A stretch of 64,000 bases of DNA, from contig JBJMOW010000005.1 of the NCBI GenBank assembly GCA_045803545.1, positions 1,312,001 through 1,376,000 on the forward strand. The letters run 5' to 3'. The notes below the pieces were generated by a model that saw only the letters and a list, made by a program, of their open reading frames with translations, did not search any database and had not been told where the DNA came from. Positions 56,613 through 64,000 of the stretch are shown in pieces (positions within the stretch are counted from its first letter, which is position 1; each line of letters opens with the position of its first letter). This DNA comes from Gemmatimonadaceae bacterium. Lineage in GTDB: Bacteria > Gemmatimonadota > Gemmatimonadetes > Gemmatimonadales > Gemmatimonadaceae. The position numbers and the translations under genes are program-made.

Positions 56613-56668
56613 TTGACGGCGGGCTCAAACTGTTTTATCGATTATCGATATTATCGATAGGCGATAAA
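56613..56668 (+). promoter_or_regulatory. Promoter/operator of the DUF2975-XRE operon
   Basis: TTGACG at 56613, then TTATCGAT three times (56635, 56642, 56651) and CGATAAA. Confidence 0.6.
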
Positions 56669-56669
56669 C

Positions 56670-57197
56670 ATGCCGGCCAGAATTCGTCCATCCGCAGCCC
56701 TTCCGATCGCGTACATGACGTTGCGGATTCTGATCGTCCTCAACTGGATAATCGGCATCTCGATCGTGGTGTTGCTGGTCGCGATGCCAACGAGGGAGTG
56801 GATCATCAGCGCGCTCGATCTCACTCCGTCGCCGCAAGCAGACCGGCTGATCCTGGGGCTGCAGGCAATCGGCGGACTCGGTGTCGTCGCGACACCGATC
56901 AACGATATTGTACTCAAGCGACTGCTCGCGATGGTCAGGACCGTCCGCGCGGGCGATCCGTTCGTCGCCGCAAACGCATATCGGTTGCAGACAATCGCGT
57001 GGGCGCTGCTCGCGCTGCAGATACTCAGCCTCATCATCGGCGGCATCGCCAAGCACGTCTCGACACGCGAGCATCCGCTACATATCAGTGCCGGCTTCTC
57101 GATCAATGGCTGGCTCGCCGTCCTCCTGACGTTCCTGCTGGCGCGCGTCTTTGCCGAAGGCACGCTGATGCGCGAAGATCTCGAATGGACAGTTTGA
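56670..57197 (+). CDS. DUF2975 membrane protein
   Basis: Four TMs; 'GDPF...NA.RL', 'LARVF.EG..MRE.L..TV'. Confidence 0.9.
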   Translation: MPARIRPSAALPIAYMTLRILIVLNWIIGISIVVLLVAMPTREWIISALDLTPSPQADRLILGLQAIGGLGVVATPINDIVLKRLLAMVRTVRAGDPFVAANAYRLQTIAWALLALQILSLIIGGIAKHVSTREHPLHISAGFSINGWLAVLLTFLLARVFAEGTLMREDLEWTV

Positions 57198-57198
57198 C

Positions 57199-57438
57199 AT
57201 GGCGATCACCGTCAAACTCGACGACCTGCTCTACGAACGGCGGATGACCCTGACCGAGCTCGCGGACCGCGTCGACATGACTCTCGCCAACCTGTCCATT
57301 CTCAAAACCGGCAAAGCCCGCGCGATCCGTTTTTCGACGCTCGAGGCGATATGTGAAGTGCTCGACTGCCAGCCAGGCGACATTCTGCGGTTTGCATCGG
57401 AAAAGTCCGCAGCAAAAAAACGCCGCGCGAGTGCTTGA
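57199..57438 (+). CDS. XRE/Cro-C1 HTH regulator (YozG-like)
   Basis: 'MTLTELA...NLSILKTGKARAIRFSTL.AIC..L.CQPGDIL'. Confidence 0.93.
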   Translation: MAITVKLDDLLYERRMTLTELADRVDMTLANLSILKTGKARAIRFSTLEAICEVLDCQPGDILRFASEKSAAKKRRASA

Positions 57439-57475
57439 TCCTACCGCCTCCGCCTCCCTCCTCCTCCTCCCGGCC

Positions 57476-57865
57476 ATGAAACGCAACATTACTTTGACCG
57501 TCACGTCAGTACTTTCGGCCCTGCTCTTCATCAGTCATTGGGTCGATGAGATCTCCCGCGGCTTCGAGCCGGGCACCAGGCAAGGCATCGGTGGGATCGG
57601 GATCCTTGTCGTGTGGCTCTGCGGACCACTGCTACTTGGCACACGACGAGCTGGATACGTACTCATGTTCGTCGCCGGACTCTTTGGGTTTGCCGTTCTT
57701 TTCCTTCACATGGGCGGCAGAGGAATGGTGGGTGGCAGGATCGCCAATACCAGCGGGCAATTCTTCTGGGTCTGGACCCTCATCATGCTCGGGACCATGT
57801 CGGCTATTTCCGCGATCATCGCCGCGTACGAGCTATGGAGTCAGCGACGGATCGCCAGAGGATAA
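57476..57865 (+). CDS. Hypothetical four-TM membrane protein
   Basis: Hydrophobic segments with 'SHW.D' and 'LHM'. Confidence 0.65.
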   Translation: MKRNITLTVTSVLSALLFISHWVDEISRGFEPGTRQGIGGIGILVVWLCGPLLLGTRRAGYVLMFVAGLFGFAVLFLHMGGRGMVGGRIANTSGQFFWVWTLIMLGTMSAISAIIAAYELWSQRRIARG

Positions 57866-57901
57866 TCGTCCGGGTTCCGCGCGCTGCTATCGAACGGATC
57901 T

Positions 57902-58696
57902 CTAGCGCGAAGAGCAATCGACGGATCGCTCGCGGGCGCTATCCGGCAACATTTGCGCTGCGAACAGCCTAAGACCGGTAACAACCTCGCGATACAAGAC
58001 GAAGTCGAGATCGGCGACGGTGCCTCGAACCTCGCGCTGATTGATCAGCGACAGAAAGTCACACGTCGACAACCAGGTTGTCGCCCTGCGCTTGACGTGA
58101 GCCTCTTTGATCTCAGGCAGCCGGAAAGAGTCTTGAATCCGGGCATCGGCACCCCGCCTGCTGTGACCCGCGCGCGAAGTCGAGTCGATTTCGATTCCTT
58201 GCGAAAGCGAAAGAAAGTGTTGCGGCGAGTGCTCACCGAGGTCGAGGGTCATGGTTCGGTGCGCGATATCGAACCGGCTTTCCGAAGTAACGTCGATGTA
58301 CTCATCAGAATCGAGCCTCACGCTGATCGTGTCCGGAACGCGCGAAGCAATTCGACCAGCAAACACGTAGCTCGCGGAGATTGTGTGCACCGTCGGCCTC
58401 GAGAAAAAGACGCGGTGCAGAAAGTCGCGTTTACCGAGCGGCGCGGTATAACTCGCGGTTGTCTTGTTGAGCACGCTGTCGAAGTCGTAAGTGATCTCGC
58501 CAGCAAATACGTCGATCGGACCGGCAGGTAGCGACACGCGTTGCTGGTCATTTTCATCGGGGCTCGCGCAGACTCGCCTCCACGGAGTCAAAACCATCGC
58601 AATCAGGACAATATTGATCGCGACGACTGCGACACCATGCTGCGTTTGAGCCCATGCGCGATTTGCGAGCATTGGCTTGGGGGACGGGTTGATCAT
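57902..58696 (-). CDS. Hypothetical membrane-anchored protein
   Basis: One N-terminal hydrophobic segment; start uncertain. Confidence 0.5.
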   Translation of the reverse strand: MINPSPKPMLANRAWAQTQHGVAVVAINIVLIAMVLTPWRRVCASPDENDQQRVSLPAGPIDVFAGEITYDFDSVLNKTTASYTAPLGKRDFLHRVFFSRPTVHTISASYVFAGRIASRVPDTISVRLDSDEYIDVTSESRFDIAHRTMTLDLGEHSPQHFLSLSQGIEIDSTSRAGHSRRGADARIQDSFRLPEIKEAHVKRRATTWLSTCDFLSLINQREVRGTVADLDFVLYREVVTGLRLFAAQMLPDSARERSVDCSSR

Positions 58697-58770
58697 CGGT
58701 ACTGCCGGAATGGGATTCCGTCAATACTCAACCAGCTTACAAGGGACCCCTGGTGCTGGTCCCCGACTCA

Positions 58771-58810
58771 CGAGAAACAAAAAACCCGGGAGACGATCCC
58801 GGGTTTCTCG
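58771..58810 (-). terminator. Rho-independent terminator of the pilin gene
   Basis: Minus strand AAACCCGGGA-tcgtc-TCCCGGGTTTTTTG. Confidence 0.85.
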
Positions 58811-58832
58811 TTCCAATCTGTTAGTCGTTGGA

Positions 58833-59198
58833 TCAGGTGCAGGCGATCACACCGTTGATCATCGAACACGTCTTGGCGGACTGCGAGTGCGTCGCGGTCG
58901 CGCTCCATGACGGAGGCGGGCCGGCAACTGCGGTCACAACGATCGTGACGTTCGAAGAAGCGCTAAAACCCTGCAGCGGAGCCGCGGAGGTCGCGGTTCC
59001 CGAGAAGTACGCGCCCTGGTTGTCAGCGGCATACTGCTCTTCATACGTAGCAACGTTACGAAGGTCCGACTTCATCGCAGCGACGTAAGCCTTGTCCTTC
59101 GTGTTGGCGAACTTCGGAATCGCGATCGCGGCAAGAATACCGATAATCACGACTACGATCAAAAGCTCGATCAGGGTGAAGCCTTTTTTGTTTGACAC
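58833..59198 (-). CDS. pilA: Type IV pilin (prepilin with class III signal)
   Basis: GTG start after AGGAG; KKG|FTLIELLIVVVIIGILAAIAIP; C-terminal Cys pair; own terminator. Confidence 0.9.
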   Translation of the reverse strand: MSNKKGFTLIELLIVVVIIGILAAIAIPKFANTKDKAYVAAMKSDLRNVATYEEQYAADNQGAYFSGTATSAAPLQGFSASSNVTIVVTAVAGPPPSWSATATHSQSAKTCSMINGVIACT

Positions 59199-59444
59199 GC
59201 TAATTCTCCTGCAGCGGTTGGATTGCGATAACCAATAACATGGCTATTTCACTACATAGACTCCTAAGGGTTTACCCCGGTAAAACGGGTGGCGGGACCG
59301 AGTTAAGCCCCTGAATCCGGACCTGCGGCGGAGGAATGGGGCCCTTAAGTCGCGATCTGCGAACTTCGGTTGCACAACGCAACGCAGTTCCTGCGAGTGC
59401 ATTGCGTGGTACTTTTTACCGAATCACCGGAAGGAGAAGGAGCA

Positions 59445-60632
59445 ATGGATGGCAGTAGTGTCCCAGCGAATCACGTCTCACGTGCGCTCGCGTGCGTTGT
59501 CGCACTTTCCCTCAGCGGCTGCGCAGCCGCCTCTCGATCGAGCTCCCCAACCATGAGTCAAAGCGTTGACTCGGTAGCCTTCGGCACTCTCGCGAATGGA
59601 CAAGGCGCACGGCTCTTCACGCTGCGCAATGCGCACGGCATCGAGATGCAGTTTACCAACTACGGCGGGATCATCACCTCACTCAAAACTCCCGACCGCA
59701 GCGGTCATTTCTCGGACATAGTTCTCGGCTATGACAATCTCGCCGGTTACGTTGCGAGCTCACCGTACTTCGGCGCGATCGTGGGGCGCTACGCGAATCG
59801 CATCGCCCGCGGGCACTTCACGCTCGATGGCGCGACGTACACACTCGCTGTCAACAACGGCCCCAATAGTCTGCACGGTGGACTGCGCGGCTTCGACAAG
59901 GTCGTCTGGAACGCGCGGCCGTTCCGGAATCAGGAAGGAGACGGTGTTGCGCTGGACTACACCAGCCCAAACGGCGAGGAAGGCTATCCAGGCACTCTGC
60001 GCACCACCGTGACCTATACGCTGACGCCCGACGATCGATTGATCGTTGATTACCTGGCGACGACGGACAAAGACACGCCAATCAATCTGTCACAGCATTC
60101 GTATTGGAACCTGGTCGGCAACGCATCGCGTGACATTCTCGGACACGTGCTTACGATCAATGCGGACGCGATCACGCCAGTTGATACGACGCTGATCCCG
60201 ACCGGCGAGATGATGCCCGTGCAGGGGACGCCGTTCGACTTCCGGAGCCCGCACGCCATTGGCGAGCGAGTCGATCAGCGACAGAACGCTCAGATTCGCT
60301 TTGGCAACGGCTATGATCACAACTTCGTGTTGAATCGCGGCGCTGCTGCCTCTGACGCACTCGTGTTGGCAGCGCGCGTGGTCGAGCCTACCTCTGGTCG
60401 GACGATGGACATCTCCACTACCGAACCGGGCATCCAGTTTTACTCCGGCAACTTTCTCGACGGTAGCATTACCGGCAAAGGCGGTGCTGTCTATCACTTC
60501 CGATACGGTCTGGCGCTCGAGACACAGCATTATCCGGATTCACCGAACCATCCGAACTTTCCCTCCACGATTCTGCGTCCGGGACAACAGTATCGGTCAC
60601 GCACCGTCTTCAAGTTTGGAGTGACGCAATGA
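59445..60632 (+). CDS. galM: Aldose 1-epimerase (mutarotase) with lipoprotein-like signal
   Basis: 'GRYANRI', 'LHGG', 'EEGYPG', 'HSYWNL', 'GYDHN', 'LETQH.PDSPN'; lipobox LSGC. Confidence 0.93.
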   Translation: MDGSSVPANHVSRALACVVALSLSGCAAASRSSSPTMSQSVDSVAFGTLANGQGARLFTLRNAHGIEMQFTNYGGIITSLKTPDRSGHFSDIVLGYDNLAGYVASSPYFGAIVGRYANRIARGHFTLDGATYTLAVNNGPNSLHGGLRGFDKVVWNARPFRNQEGDGVALDYTSPNGEEGYPGTLRTTVTYTLTPDDRLIVDYLATTDKDTPINLSQHSYWNLVGNASRDILGHVLTINADAITPVDTTLIPTGEMMPVQGTPFDFRSPHAIGERVDQRQNAQIRFGNGYDHNFVLNRGAAASDALVLAARVVEPTSGRTMDISTTEPGIQFYSGNFLDGSITGKGGAVYHFRYGLALETQHYPDSPNHPNFPSTILRPGQQYRSRTVFKFGVTQ

Positions 60633-61879
60633 AAGCAATGACGCGCCAGCGCATTTCTGCACTTGTTCTTACGCTCGGACTATGCGCAGCAGGCAGCCTT
60701 CCGGCGCAGCGCCCGCAGCCGCGCCTTGGCGATGCGGGATTGCCGGGTCGACCGATGTGGACCCAGCAGCGTGCACGCGCATGGGGTCAATCGGCCGGAT
60801 GGTTGGTCGGCAGCAACTTCGCGCCGAGTACCGCCATCAATCAGCTCGAGATGTGGCAGGCCGCGACGTGGGATCCGCGCACCATCGATCGCGAGCTCGG
60901 CTGGGCCGAATCACTCGGCTTCAATACCATGCGCGTGTTCCTGCACAATCTGCTTTGGCAGCAGGACTCTGCCGGGTTCCTGAGGCGCATGGACCAGTTT
61001 CTGGCGATCGCGCAGCGTCATCACATCAAGCCGATGTTCGTTCTGTTTGATGCGGTGTGGGATCCGCTGCCGCACCTCGGCAGACAGCGCGAGCCGATCC
61101 CGCACCTGCACAACTCGGGTTGGGTGCAGAGCCCGGGCGCGGAAATTCTGTCCGATACGAGTCGCTACGAGTCGCTACGACCCTACGTCCAGGGCGTGGT
61201 TGGAAGATTTGCAAACGATCCGCGCGTAGTTGCGTGGGACATTTTCAACGAGCCCGACAACACCAATCGCCCCGCGTACATTGGCTATGAACCAGTCAAT
61301 AAGCCTGCACTGACGCTGATCCTGATGCGCAAAGCGTTCGCGTGGGCGCGCGCGATGAATCCATCGCAGCCGTTGACTGCAGCGCCCTGGCTGGGCGACT
61401 ACGCGGATCCATCGCGAATGCGGCCGGCGACGAGATTCATGCTCGAGAATTCGGACGTCATCACCTTTCACAGCTACGACGACAGCGCGACGGTCGAGAG
61501 ATTGATTACTGCATTGGAGCGCTATGGGCGACCGATCATCTGCTCCGAGTACATGGCTCGCCCCCGCGGCAGCACGTTCCAGGCGATTCTCCCGATATTC
61601 GCGCGGCGGCACGTGGGCGCCATCAACTGGGGATTCGTTTCAGGAAAGACGCAGACGATTTATCCGTGGGATTCGTGGAACAACGAATACACAGCGGAAC
61701 CGAAGGTGTGGTTCCATGACATTTTCAGGGCGAATGGACAGCCGTACGATCAAGCCGAAGTCCAGTTTATCCGCAGGGTCATTACAAACGCGCGGGGGAG
61801 ATTGAGAACCGATGGATTGCGGCCGACCGCCTTTTGGACCGAGGGCCGAGGACCAAGTGCATCGATTATCGAGGATTGA
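60629..61879 (+). CDS. Glycoside hydrolase family 5 (clan A), exported
   Basis: 'NQLEMWQ', 'GFNTMRVFLH', acid/base 'NEP', nucleophile 'CSEY'; ATGA overlap with galM. Confidence 0.88.
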   Translation: MKAMTRQRISALVLTLGLCAAGSLPAQRPQPRLGDAGLPGRPMWTQQRARAWGQSAGWLVGSNFAPSTAINQLEMWQAATWDPRTIDRELGWAESLGFNTMRVFLHNLLWQQDSAGFLRRMDQFLAIAQRHHIKPMFVLFDAVWDPLPHLGRQREPIPHLHNSGWVQSPGAEILSDTSRYESLRPYVQGVVGRFANDPRVVAWDIFNEPDNTNRPAYIGYEPVNKPALTLILMRKAFAWARAMNPSQPLTAAPWLGDYADPSRMRPATRFMLENSDVITFHSYDDSATVERLITALERYGRPIICSEYMARPRGSTFQAILPIFARRHVGAINWGFVSGKTQTIYPWDSWNNEYTAEPKVWFHDIFRANGQPYDQAEVQFIRRVITNARGRLRTDGLRPTAFWTEGRGPSASIIED

Positions 61880-61983
61880 GTGAGGATTGAGGACAACCAA
61901 GGATTCGAGCGTCCTGCCATCGGTTGTCTTCGGTCCTCACTCAGTCCGCGGTCATCGATGCACTTGGTCCTCAGGCCTCGGTC
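61837..61983. repeat. REP/MITE-like palindromic element (family copy B)
   Basis: GACCGAGG..GAGGACCAAGTGCATCGAT / ATCGATGCACTTGGTCCTC..CCTCGGTC; inner GAGTGAGGA/TCCTCACTC and GACAACC/GGTTGTC. Confidence 0.85.
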
Positions 61984-61989
61984 AAGACT

Positions 61990-62271
61990 TTACTCATGCT
62001 CGAGCCCTGTCCTGTGCTCTCGAATCTCAGTCTCTTCTCCCGCCGCACTGTGTAACGGTCTCTCTTTCGCCCGTCGACCGAAGTAGAACATCAGTGCTCC
62101 AAACACGAGCATCACGATTCCCCACCACAGGTTGATCGCGATGTTTTCCGAGCGCGCGTAAAGCTGAGTGTCTGACCGCGTTGCAGCGCCATAAACCGTG
62201 AGCACTGCGCCGAGCAAGAGAAACAGGGCCCCGATCGGAAGGCGAATATCGAAACGAGCGGCTCCGCTCAT
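61990..62271 (-). CDS. Small two-TM protein associated with the SSS symporter
   Basis: 'DIRLPIG.LF...G', 'INLWWG'; directly downstream of the symporter. Confidence 0.75.
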   Translation of the reverse strand: MSGAARFDIRLPIGALFLLLGAVLTVYGAATRSDTQLYARSENIAINLWWGIVMLVFGALMFYFGRRAKERPLHSAAGEETEIREHRTGLEHE

Positions 62272-62283
62272 GGTCGGCGTCTC

Positions 62284-64000
62284 CTAGAAGAAGATGATGT
62301 TGAGCAGCAGCGCCATCGCCAGCACGAATACAGCGATCACCTTCGGACGTTCGTACCAGACGACGTTGCCTTCGGAGGGTTTTGGCGTGAGGCTGTACAC
62401 TAGCCCGCGCAATTCTTCGTCAGGGCGCGGTCGGGTAACGAGGCTGACGATGATCGTCACCACGAAACAGGTGACCCACGCCGCGATCGCGGTCCAGAAA
62501 GTCTGGCCAAGCTCGCTGCGGTAGATGATGTGTGCGCCGAAGTAGCCACCTTTGACGCCCGGCGTCGCGCCGGCCGCCAGCGACATGCCGTGATGAATCG
62601 CAGCGGCGACCGTTCCTGACAACAAACCGATGAATGCTGCATGGCCCGTCGTTCTCTTCCAGAACATTCCGAGGGCAAAGGTGGCAAACAGTGGCGCGTT
62701 GACGAACGCGAACACCAGCTGCAGAAGATCGAGAATGTTGTTGAAGGAATTCGCGACGTACGCTGCCGCAATCGACAGCACAATACCGAATACGGTCGCC
62801 ACGCGTCCCATCCACAGGTAGTGCTCGTCGCTCGCGCCCTTCTTGATGTGGCTCTGATAGATGTCGTAGGTCCAGACAGTGTTGAATGCGGTGACGTTGC
62901 CCGCCATTCCCGACATGAACGATGCGAGGAGCGCAGTGAGTCCGAGGCCGAGCATTCCCGACGGGAAGAACCGAATCAGCATCATCGGCACGGAGAGGTC
63001 ATAGTCCAGCACGACGTGTCCCGCCTGATCCAGAAGCGCGGCACCGGTTGCAGGATCGATTTTCGGCGGAATGACTCCCTGTCCGCCAGCGACCGACAGT
63101 GGTCCGCTTCCGCCGTGGGCGTGCCAGTCGACGGCCAGCGCGATCATTCCCGGCAGAATCACCAGGAACGGAAAAAAGACTTTCGGGATCGCCGCGATTA
63201 GCGGAGTGCGACGCGCCGCCGCCATGTTCTCCGACGCCATCGCTCGTTGCACGACCAGAAAGTCGGTGCACCAATAGCCGAACGAGAGCACGAAGCCGAG
63301 GCCCATCGCCAAGCCGAACCACTCCACTCCGATTGGATTCTGCGACGAGTCCGCCATGTATCGCCAGGTGTGTGTCAGGGCGCCCGCCTCGAACCCGCGT
63401 CCCACAGCGACCTCAGCCAGTTTGGCCTTGAGTCCGGTCCATCCTCCCGCCGCACGGAGCCCGAGAAATACGAGCGGCGCAAATCCGAAGACGATCAGGA
63501 AGAACTGGAGTACTTCGTTGTAGATCGCGCTGGTGAGCCCGCCAAGGAAGATGTAGGCGAGCACGATCAGCGCGGCGACGATCATGCTGAAGTGAAAGCT
63601 CCAGCCGAGCAGCAGGTTGAACAACTTTCCCATCGCGTACATCGAGATTCCCGACGACATGATCGTCATCACCGCGAATGAGATCGCGTTGAGGCTGCGG
63701 GTCTTCTCGTCGAAGCGAAGCTTGAGATACTCGGGGACGGATCGCGCGCGCGAGCCGTAGTAGAACGGCATCATGAACAGGCCTACAAAGACCATCGCCG
63801 GAATGGCGCCGATCCAGTAGAAGTGACTCGTCGCGATGCCGTACTTCGCGCCCGACGCACCCATTCCGATCACTTCCTGCGCGCCAAGATTCGCCGATAT
63901 GAAGGCGAGTCCCGCGACCCACGACGGGATGGAGCGACCCGATAGAAAGAAGTCCGTGCTCGTCTGCGTCGACCTTCGCAGCATCCAGCCGACGACGAGG
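62284..64000 (-). CDS. Sodium:solute symporter (Na+/sugar), 5' end outside the window
   Basis: 'DFFLSGRS', 'SANLGA', 'PEYL..RF', 'YWCTDF..VQR'; frame open to the window edge. Confidence 0.93.
   Translation of the reverse strand, partial: LVVGWMLRRSTQTSTDFFLSGRSIPSWVAGLAFISANLGAQEVIGMGASGAKYGIATSHFYWIGAIPAMVFVGLFMMPFYYGSRARSVPEYLKLRFDEKTRSLNAISFAVMTIMSSGISMYAMGKLFNLLLGWSFHFSMIVAALIVLAYIFLGGLTSAIYNEVLQFFLIVFGFAPLVFLGLRAAGGWTGLKAKLAEVAVGRGFEAGALTHTWRYMADSSQNPIGVEWFGLAMGLGFVLSFGYWCTDFLVVQRAMASENMAAARRTPLIAAIPKVFFPFLVILPGMIALAVDWHAHGGSGPLSVAGGQGVIPPKIDPATGAALLDQAGHVVLDYDLSVPMMLIRFFPSGMLGLGLTALLASFMSGMAGNVTAFNTVWTYDIYQSHIKKGASDEHYLWMGRVATVFGIVLSIAAAYVANSFNNILDLLQLVFAFVNAPLFATFALGMFWKRTTGHAAFIGLLSGTVAAAIHHGMSLAAGATPGVKGGYFGAHIIYRSELGQTFWTAIAAWVTCFVVTIIVSLVTRPRPDEELRGLVYSLTPKPSEGNVVWYERPKVIAVFVLAMALLLNIIFF

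Noticed and set aside
59200..59345. Possible c-di-GMP riboswitch upstream of the pilin (GGTAAACCC)
   Set aside because: The GAAA tetraloop and GCAAAG/P2 elements are not found.
1..64000. Prophage, integrase, transposase, defence-system or rRNA/tRNA genes
   Set aside because: No recognisable motifs seen by eye; very divergent members could be missed.

Overview
High-GC bacterial chromosomal window, probably Gemmatimonadota (inferred from gene content: Hanks kinases with a 'DLAERLQRALG' N-terminus, carboxypeptidase-like plus plug proteins, DUF5916, an M8/Ig lipoprotein). About 55 CDSs, dominated by exported or lipoprotein hydrolases: S9, M8, M13, three M1 peptidases, an S12 serine hydrolase, an amidohydrolase, GH5 and GalM. 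It also carries an EF-G paralog, two Ser/Thr kinases, a type IV pilin and a DUF2975-XRE pair. I saw no rRNA, tRNA, CRISPR array or transposase. The most unusual items are: (1) a Sec-signal protein whose N-domain is a roughly 50% identical copy of the neighbouring pilin head but lacks the prepilin leader and TM helix; (2) a redox island with two ECF sigma / zinc-finger anti-sigma pairs and a shared GTAA(C/G)-N17-G(A/C)CT motif upstream of DUF417 and DoxX genes; (3) long rod-like intergenic palindromes, two of them clearly homologous, that supply stop codons and C-termini to adjacent genes; (4) tandem exported NTF2-cupin fusions; (5) a 929-aa protein with three internal repeats. All family assignments are from motif recognition by eye, not database searches.
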